From: Piedraia hortae CBS 480.64
Taxonomy: Eukaryota
Length of the DNA stretch: 64,000 nt
NCBI GenBank assembly: GCA_010093745.1
Contig: MU005992.1
Location: 1 to 64,000, forward strand
Direction: 5' to 3'
The translations under genes and the position numbers were made by a program. Under the pieces are notes generated by a model that was given only the letters and a program-made list of their open reading frames with translations, was not told the origin of the DNA and did no database searches. Positions 23,808 through 35,195 of the stretch are shown here, piece by piece; positions within the stretch are counted from its first letter, which is position 1; each line of letters starts with the position of its first letter.

Positions 23808-24271
23808 ATTTAATTCTTTTAATTCTCCTATCCCAAAATTTTCTTGGGAAGTGAAAAATTGACAGGTGTACTGCATGGAGTCCTCGTTGAGGTTAATCGA
23901 ATAACAATGTATGAGGTGATACCATCAATGTGAAGGCAGACAATCACGTGGATTGGACCACCATAATTCATAATATTTTTGCTAGAGAATCAAAAACGTA
24001 TATGTCAATATGTTAGACAGGAAACACGTGAATGGTGCGTGGATGAGTGGCTAGCGAGATGGTATTCATGACTAAGAAAAGGAATTTTGGCTAGGATAGT
24101 CTCAAAGTAAGAGTTTAGCTACGCACGTTCTACCGACAGAATCCAGCATATCCTACAGCCTGATTTTGATTCAAATCACCGATCGCTTGTTGAAAGTGGC
24201 GCGTTGCGACTTCACGAGTCTTCAGATAGCTAGGCCTGCACTTTCGCATTTAAGTGAATGCAGGACAGGTG

Positions 24272-24635
24272 TGTAGCGATTAAACTCTCGTGGGCGAGAG
24301 TGCGCAGTGGCCCGAAAAGGACGAAGCGATAGATGGAAACAGGGACAGGACAGATGCAGATGGATTTGAGTCAATACCAGTGTCGATATCACAGTGTGAA
24401 TGACTATCTATATCAAAATGAGGGGACGTTCAGAATATAAATTCTGCACCGGTGGGCCGGTAACGTCTCGTCGTACACTAGCAGGGCGCATTCGCCCTGT
24501 CACATATGACATGACCCTGAGGGAAAACCTCTGTGAAGGAAAAAACTTAGGGTGGAGCCGGTAGTGCAGAAGGTATTGCTGACTTGCTATACGAGTGCCC
24601 CGCATACGCCCTAGCAGCGATGCTTGAATCCAATA
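24272..24635 (-). mobile_element. Solo LTR, family E (364 bp)
   Basis: TGTAGCGAT...CCAATA, perfect TSD AGGTG; absent at the equivalent site of F-box paralog 2. Confidence 0.9.
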
Positions 24636-24839
24636 AGGTGCTCTGACGACCAAAACCTCCAGGACGCGCAAGTATTGAGATGCATAAGGCGAGGAAAATC
24701 TAAGCCCATCTTTCCCCTCAATAGCTCCAAATCCAACTCTGCAGGAGAAATACACTTATTCAGCGCCCGACAGGATCTTCCTAGCGCGACTACCAACTTC
24801 GTCTTGAATTAATTCTGAACTCTGAATATAAACACTATT

Positions 24840-25145
24840 TGTCAAAAGGATGTAGCACCCACCATGACCAGAACCATAGATAGGAGTCGAAACTTCTCAG
24901 GGTTTTTGCCTCTATAGAGGAAGTTTTCCCTGAGACGAGTCATTGTCTCGTTCATGCTTAAGGGCATGGTTCGCTGACGTTGTCCTGGCAAATGCGGTTA
25001 GACTGAGGTAGTGTGGGGGAGGTTTCGAACCTCACCTCATAGAGATAGACAATTACATTTTTCACCTTTTTCAGTAAAAGTTGAGTGAAAATTTCGTCGT
25101 TGACATCCACTCCGCTCTAGTCCTCGGAGATTCACCCCTCCGACA
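24840..25145 (+). mobile_element. Solo LTR, family G (306 bp)
   Basis: TGTC...GACA, TSD CTATT/CAATT; empty site in paralog 2 (AAACGAGATTAGCTTG); inverted copy at 46161-46464. Confidence 0.9.
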
Positions 25146-25462
25146 CAATTAGCTTGTTGAGTGAAGTGAACAATTCGATCATATCTTCGTCTGATAGTTC
25201 CATGACTTTGGGGTAAGTCTATGATGATGAGTTGGTGATTTCCAGAGCAGTTAAACTCGTTAAGTTCAGTAGACTGCGGATAGCGGCTGAAGTGATGTTG
25301 TCTTCGAGGGTCTCTGCTGCTCGGTTGTTGAAGGTAATGTGTAGGCTTACCACGTTTGCGACCATGTTGGTATTGAATTTGAGGCGGTAGAGATTTGTCA
25401 CACCTATGCAGAGTCTCTTACTTTTGTTTAACACGCCTGAGGCGCGGAACCAAGGCATAACC

Positions 25463-25745
25463 TAGTGAAGATAGGAATGGGAGGTGACATGAAAGACAAT
25501 GTTGTTGTAGCTACCTGCTACCAAGATCTAGAGGAGGTGAGGTTACTGGTCACCCTAGTAGTTTAAAGGAGACTCTCAGATCAACTGAACGGAAACGATA
25601 CTGGTATCTCTACCTATATTAATCTCTAACTCCAATGACTATTTTCTGCCAATGTGACGCATCAGCGGCATGGGCCGTTCCGCCTACCGACTCCAACCCT
25701 ATAGCACCTAGCCCTATTGTGACTGGCTCCCGACTAACATCAACA
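25463..25745 (-). mobile_element. Family N element, copy 2, carrying a nested insertion
   Basis: Perfect TSD TAACC; matches 12663-12793 once 25559-25706 plus one TSD is removed. Confidence 0.85.
25559..25706 (-). mobile_element. 148-bp nested solo-LTR-like element (family P)
   Basis: Perfect TSD CCTAG; TG...TA on the minus strand; empty site visible in 12663-12793. Confidence 0.8.
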
Positions 25746-26569
25746 TAACCCACATATCTGTTCCTTACGGAAGCTAGTAGCCGGCCGTAGGCGGTAAGCC
25801 GTACTTTACGGACATATTTTGTGTACTTGGCCCGCCTAGCCTGTTCAATTCTCCGGAGCACTTTGGGTTTGATACTTTGCCAGAGGACACTTTTTGCAAA
25901 TGCAGCCCACATTTTGCTGATCAATATCGCGTTGAAGAATGAAGCTTTGTCCCTACGCATGGCTTTGATGATTTCGAGGAAGATCTCATTGGGGATTCTA
26001 CCCAGGACGGAAGGTTCCTTGCGTGGATGCCTTTTCATACCTTTTTTTTTCTTGCGTTAGAGGCGGCCATCTTTAAGTTCGGAGCAGTGAAAGGTAGTTT
26101 CGAGGTGAGCCAATTGCCTTTGGAAGGATGTAAACTCTTTCGCGATGGATATGTTTGTGCGGTGCTCAGTTGAGGGAATTTCGAGATTGTCCGCTGGACG
26201 TTAGAAATGTCGTGACCTGTCATGCCATTTGACATGTCATCTGCCAGGTGGATTCATGGTTGACAGCCTGCTTACCCTCTCCCAAACACCAATGTTAAAG
26301 TGATATGCGCTCTCTTCGAACTCAGCGGGAAAACGGCAGAGTGAACTGGAGCAATGACGTTACTGAAATGTAGATGGAACATCAAGTGCGTGTATAAGCA
26401 GCTATTATACCTTTCCGGAAGCATCATACGTGTGGTAACTACATTCCCGTCCATGTTTTGACGACCGGACTGTAGTTGCTACATGTAGCTCCCAATCCCT
26501 ACTCAGGATGGAGATTTGCTGGGCTCAACAACTGTCCCTTTCCATGGTCTTGAATTAATGGGATGTGTT

Positions 26570-26790
26570 GGTGGACTTTAGATAAAGGTCGTGGTCTCCC
26601 AGGTTTTCTTACCTTGAATTAAGATGTCTTCCCTACACCGAGGTACGGTCCCGCTTATGCTCAGTGCGTGCTCGGTGATGTGTTCTCAGTGAGAGGGACT
26701 AAACTTAGGTTTGAATAGCGTGGGGTGATGGTCCGCACATTACCTCACCTCACCACAACAACCACTACACACATATGAACATCTACATGC
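26570..26790 (+). repeat. Degenerate family G-like LTR
   Basis: CCAGGTTTTCTTACC...TCTTCCCT...ATGCTCAG...ACCTCACCTCA aligns loosely with 24885-25045; boundaries approximate. Confidence 0.4.
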
Positions 26791-26899
26791 ACTTTCGTCC
26801 GTGTCTTTTGACCTAGTCTCCGCACACTAGGCGTGCACCTAGATTTCACTTTCGCCCATAGGTATACGCTCTTGCAACGTGATGAATTTGGCCATACAC

Positions 26900-28234
26900 G
26901 TTTTTATAACAGTGTTCAATTTCTCTCATGACCTGATGCCTCTGCTCCGACTACCCGGTCACTTGTTGGAAGTGGCTCGCTGCAACTTCACGGGTCTTCA
27001 AAAGGCTAACCCTGCGTTCTTGATCAAACGGGAGTGAAGACAGATCAGGGGCCTTGACGATGATAACTACCACTGCGGGTGTATATTTTAATGAGAAAGG
27101 CGAAGGAAAAGCGAGCCCATCTTGCCCTTCAACGACTTCAGATCAAACTTCCTGGGAAACGTGTACATGCTTAGCTCCCGGCAGGATCTTCCACGCGCGA
27201 CCAACGATTTCGTCGTGAGTTAATGTTTGGCTCTGAAAGTAAACGAGATTAGCTTGTTAAGTGAAGCATACAGTTTGAACATGTCGTCGTCTGTTAGCCC
27301 CATCGCTTGGGGAGGGGAGGGGGACCATGGAATTGATGTGGAGAATTTTAGGGTAGATAAACTCGTCAGGCTTTGTAGGCTGCGGATAGCGGCAGGAGCG
27401 ATGTTGTCTGCCGGTGTCTCTGATACTCGTTCGTCGAATATAATACCCAACTATACCAATTTTTCGGCCATGTTGTTGTCAAGTTTGATGGGGTAAAGAT
27501 TGATCACAACTAAGTACATCCTCTCACATCCGCCCCTCGATTTGGGTATGTACACTGGATCTTGAGAGTGGGATCCATCGAGAATTTGTTTTCTATAGCG
27601 TTTGCCCATTGCGTAGGCGAGTAACACGGACACTTAAGAGCGGGTGACCCAGAGCCGCTGAAAGTTATCTTGCGGGATAAAATCTACTAAAGACTTTCCC
27701 GTCGCAGAGGGACGCTCGCCACCGGAGAGTATGTCGCATTCACGAACGTCAAGGTCTTCCAAATTGGCAAATCCGATAAACGCCGCCCTGAACGGGTTCC
27801 AATTTGGCATATTGCCTTTGAACATTAGGTGCTTGATGTCGCTAGGAAACAAATACATGACATCTTTTTGCGAATATTCCGTGGTTTGCGGTCATTCGTC
27901 AAACAGCATGATATGGACGTGCTGGATGTTCGGAGCCACTGGGCAATTGACGGAAATGTCCCTTGCGGCAGCTTCGAAGAAGTTGTAGGCGGCCAGGCGT
28001 ACCTCTCGGGTATATTTAGAATACCCGGCTCTCCTGGCGTCTTTGACATTCCAGAGCGCACTGGGTTCAACACTTTGCCAAAAGACACTTTTTCGAAAGC
28101 GGTCCATGTCTTGCAGACCAACATCGCTCTAAAAAGCGCCGCATTGTCCCCGCTTAGGGTTTAATGGCTCCAAGGAAGATCTCATAGGGAACTTGAGGCG
28201 TGATAGAATGTTTTTCGCGTGGTGGTCCATCCAT
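26900..28234 (-). pseudogene. F-box/LRR-like gene, paralog 2, frameshifted
   Basis: VPYEIFL, MLVCKTW, KSVFWQSV...RRAGYSKYTREVRL, AAIRSLQSLTSLSTLKF; several frameshifts and stops. Confidence 0.75.
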
Positions 28235-28399
28235 GCCCTCACTTCGTCTTGCGAGCGGAGACTCTTAGTTTAAATCTCAAACGTACTGGAATCAACTTTA
28301 AAGTTAGTTAATGGCCTGAAGTCTCCGCAAAAAGGTGGGTGCCAAACTGTGCATGTCTGTTTACGTGCCGAGAACTAACGCAACGTGCCCCACAGACCC

Positions 28400-28515
28400 A
28401 CAGTGGGCCGGGCCGCATTTGCTGACACCACGCGATCGATGACGTAGCCTTGTCGCAGGGGAGAACTCTGTGAGGTAGAAGACACTGCGAAGCCTCGGGC
28501 GCCTTATCTACCACT
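28400..28515 (-). repeat. Degenerate family D-like LTR core
   Basis: GCATTTGC...TGACGTA...TCGCAGGGGAGAACTCTGTGAGGTAGAAGACACTGCGA carries the shared hairpin. Confidence 0.5.
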
Positions 28516-28990
28516 GATCTGATTCATCTGACTCGGGGCTCATCGTGGTGTTAGTTTCTAGACAAATTTGTGTAATTTAAGCCTGATGGATTTCAAAATT
28601 GTGCTCTATAATTTAGAGGTCTCCTGGCCTATCATATCAGCAGTCTAGCTCTCTACTAGGTGTGCGAGTTGTGCCGAAGTGAAGTCAAGTTAAAGTTCAT
28701 ATGATACTGTAACAGCTGCCCATACCGTTCAACGTCAGTAGACATAACCACCTGATCAATGTCACCTCAGGAACATGCTATAACTTTGTCGACTTGTAGT
28801 AGGACATCGGAAGGTTGTGACCGAGAAAATTAGGACACCTTGCATGGAATCCTGGGAAAAAAGTATCATAGTTGGGTGTTGATGACAGTCCACTACAAGA
28901 GGAATTCACTATCTCCACAGTCCGCAATATCGCAATATCCTCTAGATTTTACTTTCCAAAATCTGCACCACACCCATCTGTTACATAGTG

Positions 28991-30268
28991 TCAATACCTC
29001 CCAACCGTCTGCCCTTCCCCTCTAAGTCTATACTCATAAATCATTAACCCTTCCAGCCCCACCGGTCCACGTGCATGGATCTTATTCGTCGATATTCCCA
29101 CCTCCGTTCCAAATCCAAACCTCCCCCCGTCCGCGAAGCGTGTACTACAATTCCAGAATGCACATGCCGAATCGACGCTTCCCATAAACATATCTGCCAC
29201 AGCCTTCACATTGGTGATTATACAATCAGTATGGTGCGAGCCATGAGTATTAATCCACTCTACCGCCTCAGAATCCGAAGTGACGGTTTTGATTGCGAGA
29301 GTAAGTTCCAGGAACTCAGTTTCATAGTCAGCAGGTTCGGAAGATAGGACAGATTCGCTTCGCGGCAGTGCGAGTCTGCTTCGTTCATCGCATTTAAGCT
29401 TGACGTTGTGTTTGAGTAGAGCATCTGCGATTCGGGGCCATAGGGTTTCTAAAAGGCTTTCATGGACGAGAAGGGTTTCGACTGCGTTGCATGCGGCGGG
29501 GTAGTTGATCTTTGAGTCTAAGACGACGGGGATTGCGATGTCTTCCGCTGCGTCAGAGTGGAGATAGATTGAGCAGAGCCCGTCAGCGTGGCCGAGGACA
29601 GGCATTCTGGCGTTTTGTTGGCAGTATTTGACTAGTTCATTGGAACCGCGGGGGATGACGAGATCGATTTCGCGGTTGAGTTTTAGTAAAGGTCCGACTG
29701 CGTCGCGGGTTATGACGAGTTGAATCGCGTCGTTGGGAATTTCGGTTTTGGATAGGGCGGAGGAGATGACGTTTGCAATGGTGGTGAAGGAGTGGGTGGA
29801 TTCTTTGCCGCCCTTGAGGATCGCGGCGTTGCCTGATTTAAGGGCTAGTGCGGTTATGTTGACAATGACTTCAGGTCGAGCTTCGAAGATGATGAGGAGA
29901 ACGCCGATGGGGCACGTTTGGCGGGTTAGAAGTAGGCCGTTGGGAAGACGGGTTTCAAGGTCGACGACTCCGATGGGATCTGGGAGGGATAGGACTGAGG
30001 TTATTCCTTCTAACATGGAGTCGTATTTTCCAGCTCCAGATAGATCCAGACGTTTTAGAATGCTGTTGTTTGTGGACGACAAAGAACTTTGGGCGAGGGA
30101 CATATCTTTTGCGTTAGCAGCGAGAATTTCATCTTTTGAGCTCTGGAGTGCAGAGTGTATCGACTTCAGTGCTACATCACGGGTTGAATTTGGGAGAGTA
30201 GCGATGATTCGGGACGCTTTTCTTGCTGCTTGTGCCGCTGATTCGGGTGAGGAGTTGGTTAAGGACAT
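28991..30268 (-). CDS. PRO2: Gamma-glutamyl phosphate reductase
   Basis: IIFEARP, LKSGNAAILKGGKE, YPAACNAVETLL, STRFADGGRFGFGTEVGISTNKIHARGPVGL. Confidence 0.95.
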   Translation of the reverse strand: MSLTNSSPESAAQAARKASRIIATLPNSTRDVALKSIHSALQSSKDEILAANAKDMSLAQSSLSSTNNSILKRLDLSGAGKYDSMLEGITSVLSLPDPIGVVDLETRLPNGLLLTRQTCPIGVLLIIFEARPEVIVNITALALKSGNAAILKGGKESTHSFTTIANVISSALSKTEIPNDAIQLVITRDAVGPLLKLNREIDLVIPRGSNELVKYCQQNARMPVLGHADGLCSIYLHSDAAEDIAIPVVLDSKINYPAACNAVETLLVHESLLETLWPRIADALLKHNVKLKCDERSRLALPRSESVLSSEPADYETEFLELTLAIKTVTSDSEAVEWINTHGSHHTDCIITNVKAVADMFMGSVDSACAFWNCSTRFADGGRFGFGTEVGISTNKIHARGPVGLEGLMIYEYRLRGEGQTVGRY

Positions 30269-30740
30269 TGTCACTGGTGCTACGTCGTGGAGTTGATCCC
30301 TATGCAAGTGGTGATTACGTAATCTAACTTGTTACGCAAACAGCCCAGAGAAACGGTAATTACAGGCGATTGTGATCGAGGGCTTGTTGCTACGCAACAA
30401 GGACAAGGGTTGGCAGAATACCACGACAGGCCTAGGCAAAATTGGATGGCGAGTGCACATATGGTCGCAGATGTCTTGTTCGACGAGTTGTTGCTGTGTT
30501 AACGACGGTCGAATCTGCCCCACGTTCTAGAACTTCCAGAAGGCAACGAGACTTACGTAATCCATCGCAGCTCGAATGACGTACATGTCGTCGTCGTCCT
30601 GCCAACGTGTAAACAAAATGACCTGGGGCCAGTCGCCCTTGTCCAGCCTCACATAGAGTGAGCACTGACTTGCCCTGAAAGATATTAAACAGCTAGCTCC
30701 CTGACCCTCGTTTTTCCCTCTCACACCTTCTGCAAAAGCA

Positions 30741-31787
30741 ATGCTATCCAAATCAACCTCAATCGTCACCTTATTAGCCCTTTTCGTCTCGCCATCTCTC
30801 CAGCAGACGTCTACAACATGCGATCCAATACGCGGAGCCTGTCCAGCAGATCCGGCGCTTGGCCGGTCGATGAAAGCAGACTTTACGACTGGTCAATCGA
30901 ATGACTTTACGGGAATGGGCAATGGGCTGAGCTTCGATTCCAACGGCGCCGTGCTGAAGATTGCACAGTCGGGCGACTCGCCAACGCTACAATCCAAGTG
31001 GTATATCATGTTTGGAAGCTTTACGGCACGGGTCAAGGCTGCACCGGGACAGGGCATTGTCAGCTCAGTGGTTCTGCAGAGTGACGATTTGGATGAGATT
31101 GATTGGGAATGGGTGGGAAGCCAGAACAACCAGGTGCAGAGCAACTACTTTGGCAAGGGACAAACAACGACGTATGACCGTGGAGCGGCGCATGCAGTCA
31201 CCAACCCCACGGGCGAGTGGCATACGTACACGGTCATCTGGACAAAGGATCAAATCACCTGGCAGATAGATGGACAGACGGTCAGAATCTTGACGCCGGC
31301 CAATGCAAAGGGCCAATATCCCCAGACGCCCATGAGGCTGAAGATTGGCGCCTGGAGCGGAGGAGACCCATCGAACGCCGCTGGCACTATTGAGTGGGCT
31401 GGTGGTGCAACCGACTATTCCAAGGGCCCATATCTCATGTACGTGTCCTCGGTCGAAGTCACTGATTTCTCGACCGGTACCCAGTACTCGTATGGGGACC
31501 AGTCGGGGACTTGGACTTCAATTACGGCGGCCGGCGGTGCTGTCAACGGCAATGCAAACGCCGCATCCCAGCACGGCGATTTGACCGCCGTAGCCGCGCC
31601 GGCGATAACGTCGACAACAGCTGGAGGGCCCGTGGCGGGAACTGGACCCTGTGTTTGGGCGGCACGATGCAATGATGGTGGACAGCAACAGGCGGCCTTG
31701 CCTCTATACAGTGGGGCCGAGAGGAACCGATTGGGCTTGGTAATTGGAGGCTTGGCAGGTGCATTGGTTGCAGTTTGGATGATGTGA
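30741..31787 (+). CDS. CRH1: GH16 chitin transglycosylase (Crh family), secreted, probable GPI anchor
   Basis: Signal peptide, DLDEIDWEW catalytic motif, YPQTPM..IGAWSGGD, hydrophobic C-terminus. Confidence 0.92.
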   Translation: MLSKSTSIVTLLALFVSPSLQQTSTTCDPIRGACPADPALGRSMKADFTTGQSNDFTGMGNGLSFDSNGAVLKIAQSGDSPTLQSKWYIMFGSFTARVKAAPGQGIVSSVVLQSDDLDEIDWEWVGSQNNQVQSNYFGKGQTTTYDRGAAHAVTNPTGEWHTYTVIWTKDQITWQIDGQTVRILTPANAKGQYPQTPMRLKIGAWSGGDPSNAAGTIEWAGGATDYSKGPYLMYVSSVEVTDFSTGTQYSYGDQSGTWTSITAAGGAVNGNANAASQHGDLTAVAAPAITSTTAGGPVAGTGPCVWAARCNDGGQQQAALPLYSGAERNRLGLVIGGLAGALVAVWMM

Positions 31788-31899
31788 TTACCTTTGTGAA
31801 TTCATGGCATAGCGAGGGCGTCTTGCAAGGCAATCTATGACTGGTTAGATAGATGTACATAGCGTGTCGACAGGGCTGTTGATGCTGTTCCCTGGCTGT

Positions 31900-32620
31900 T
31901 GTGTTCACTGACACGGCTTATACTCACCGTTTACTTTTACAAAGGGGTCGTCTTGGGCTGTAACTGTGTGACCAGTTTGAGCATCACACAACCATACAAT
32001 TGAAGGTTGTTGTTGTCCCACACATGGAAAGAAAGTCATTGTTGTAGATGGTGATGATATGATAGACATCACTTCATCACCAGAAGCTACCCTGGAGGGG
32101 ACGTAACACCTTAGGTAGTGGACTCGTGCCCATGATTGCGAATTCATGAGACTGTACATGGCCTCGACGGCCAGATACATCCGCGCAGCAACCAGCCGAA
32201 TCAATAAACGCCCTGTCTCAAGAAGACAGTCGGCCTCGAACTCGGTTAGCAAGGGCCATTGTTCTTCAGTTGCGCGGACAGGAATGTGTAACTACGACCA
32301 CCAACTCACAGCTGCCATAGGGCAAAAATCCCTCGGCCAAGTCGCACTTATACTGCCGAGAAGTCCAATAGTCGACCAGGAAATTAGCCGGGGTGTAAAC
32401 GTCGACCCCAGTTGTGGACATTTAACCCTGGTCGTGGACGTTGAACCCCGGTTGTGGCTTGCCCTCTCACAATCCTGGTCGACACCTGATGCAACCTTGA
32501 CCCGGTGTGGCATAGACGGCAGCCGTCACACAACAGACAAAGGTCAACTGCGTGAACCGTCACAGTGTGACGACCTTTCGCAAGGGACTGCAACGTTCTC
32601 TTGACCCCCCCCAAGCCTCA
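31900..32620 (-). mobile_element. Possible MULE transposase relic
   Basis: LQSLAKG..VTV, LCLLCD, STSTTRVKCP (FAR1-like) followed by ETGRLLIRLVAA and MTFFPCVG fragments across frames. Confidence 0.4.
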
Positions 32621-33283
32621 TGTAAGAAATACATAGAGAACAAAGTCTGCGTCTGGAATAGAGTGATTCAATCTTGATCTGCACTGTCAAATGGCGATCT
32701 AGCACTGCGCTGACCCGGTCCTCGGGATATTAATTGCAGAGAGAGCGTGTCAATTTAAACCCTACAAGCCGGCAAACTGCTGCAAAAGCAATGCAAGATT
32801 CGCCATTATCCGAAAGTCAAAGACGACGCGAATCACGATGGATCCGGGTCATCGGATTCCCACCACTTCATTCCCGCGTAGGGAAAAAGCGGGATAAAGG
32901 GAGAAGTAGTTGGATCGAGACGTTCTAAGGAGAGTCTCGTACCGTTTTTGGGCTTGTGGCGATCTTCTCTACAGTCACCAAGTTTGGCAATTACGAGCTG
33001 AGGGTGGTTAATCACGGCTTACCCCGAAAGGGATCGACGTGATGATAAAGACGAAGAAAAGGAAGTAGGAACACGTATCTGTGCCCGAGCCCAGCCGTTG
33101 CAACCAATTAACCGAAATCAAATTGAACCACCTGACTTGCGTGCATCAGGATCATCGTCCCAAGCAGCTGGCCTTGTGCAGAAGCTTCCGCAGCAAGCTT
33201 TTTAGAGCTGATGACTGCTGCAGCCGTGTAATTGCTTCATGTATAGGTAGCTTGCTGCTCCGTTTCGTTTCTTGCCTGTCGCT

Positions 33284-35069
33284 ATGTGGACCACGGCTGT
33301 CTTTGTGGGCCTGTTTTCTTTGACAAGCGGGGCGGCTATATGGCCTATCCCATCCAAATATTCCTTTGGCGATGGAAGTCGGGTACTGTGGATTGATGAG
33401 AACGTCTCGATTACCTACCGGCAACTAGGCGGAGGATATGTAAGATTCCCCTTAGACCAAAGTGTTGACTCTTGCTGATTGTTGTTAGGGCTACGGCGCA
33501 TCAGCTGAGGCCAAAGAATGGACCGATCGCATCATTTCCAACGCAATCAATCGCACCCGAACAACGCTTTTCAATCAGAACTTCGTGCCATGGAAATTCC
33601 ACGAGCGGTTTTCCAACTTCGAACCGGCTGGCACGAATGCATCTTCGAGTTTGATCAAATATGTCAGCTTGCAGCAGACTGGCTCTGACCCTTCAAACAT
33701 CATGAGGCCGGTTGCAGGCGAGCTAGACGAATCATACTCCCTGTCAATGTCGTCCGAAGGTTGTGTCAACATTACAGCTGCCACATCAATAGGTTTGCTA
33801 TATGGCTTGACAACCTTTACACAGCTCTTCTACCAGCATAGTCGAGGCGGTGCATACACCACGCTGGCGCCGGTATATGTCGAAGATAAGCCCAAGTTCT
33901 CATGGAGAGGGTTGAATCTCGACACTGCACGCACCTTCAAGCCCATGGCGGATATTTATGCCATGATTGATGGGCTTTCGTACAACAAGATGAACCGGTT
34001 GCACTGGCATATCACCGACGCCCAAGCCTGGCCGCTGGAGATCCCGTGCATGCCTGACCTCGCGAATAAGGGTGCATACGCTGCTGATGAGATATATTCG
34101 GTCGCAGACGTCCGTGCTGTCCAGGATTATGGCGCATTGTTGGGAGTTGAGGTGGTAATGGAGTTTGACAACCCCGGACACACGACTTCGATCGCGTACT
34201 CGCATCCAGAGCTGATTGCGGCTCGTAATATAATGCCCGCATGGGACAAGTACGCAGCTGAGCCTCCCTCCGGATCGCTGAAGCTCAACTCGGCCGCTGT
34301 GAGCGAGTTCCTGGAGAAGCTGTTCGATGATTTGTTCCCGCGTCTGAAGCCTTTTTCGAGCTACTTCCATCTCGGTGGTGACGAAGTCAACAAGAATGCA
34401 TACACCTTGGATGAGACTGTGAGGAGTAATGATCCTGCAGTGCTGCAGCCGTTGATGCAGAAGTACATGGACAGGAATGTCAACCAAGTCGCAAAATGCG
34501 GATTAGTCCCCTTGGTCTGGGAAGAGATGCTTCTCGACTGGAACCTCACTCTGCCGTCCAACACCATCATTCAAGTGTGGCAAGGCCATGCGAATGTGGA
34601 GCAGGCTGTGCGCAAGGGCTACCGTGTGATAGCGGGGGACTACCAGATCTGGTACCTCGATTGCGGCTACGGTGGATGGGTCGATTTTGCTCCAGGAGAT
34701 GCCTCAGCAGCGGCCTGGCCATACCAAGACTACTGCGCTCCTCGACACAACTGGCGAGCAGTGTACAGCTATGATCCCCTTCAGAACATTCCCGCCGATC
34801 TAGCGCATTTGGTATTGGGCGGCGAGGTGCACATCTGGTCGGAACAGACAGACGAAGTCAATCTCCACCAAATGGTCTGGCCGCGCACGAGTGCGGCGGC
34901 GGAAGTGCTGTGGAGCGGCGCAAAAGATGAGCGGGGACTAAATCGGAGCCAAATAACGGCCAGTCCCAGACTGAGCGAGATGAGGGAACGTCTGGTAGCG
35001 CGAGGCATCAAGGCCGAGCCTGTGAGGATGCCCTTTTGCTCCATGAACGGCACGCAATGCGTTTTGTGA
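33284..35069 (+). CDS. Beta-N-acetylhexosaminidase (GH20), intron 33439-33488
   Basis: Signal peptide + IWPIP; RGLNLDTAR, LHWHITDAQAWP, HLGGDEV, WYLDCG, WSEQTD. Confidence 0.95.
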
Positions 35070-35195
35070 TGTTTATAGGTAATAATTAACGTTTTGTTAA
35101 TACCACGCTAATTGAATTGCGGGGGCTTTCCGCCTTGGCATTTGAGCCCACATCCAACGTTGAAATTTCGTGACATTCAACACCAATCGTTTACA

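Larger units (their letters stand above)
24150..26070 (-). pseudogene. F-box/LRR-like gene, paralog 1, disrupted by four insertions
   Basis: LGRIPNEIFLEII...ILISKMW...LWQSI F-box-like motif; LRR-like LLNLTSLTALEI; colinear with 26900-28234; 3' boundary approximate. Confidence 0.75.
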
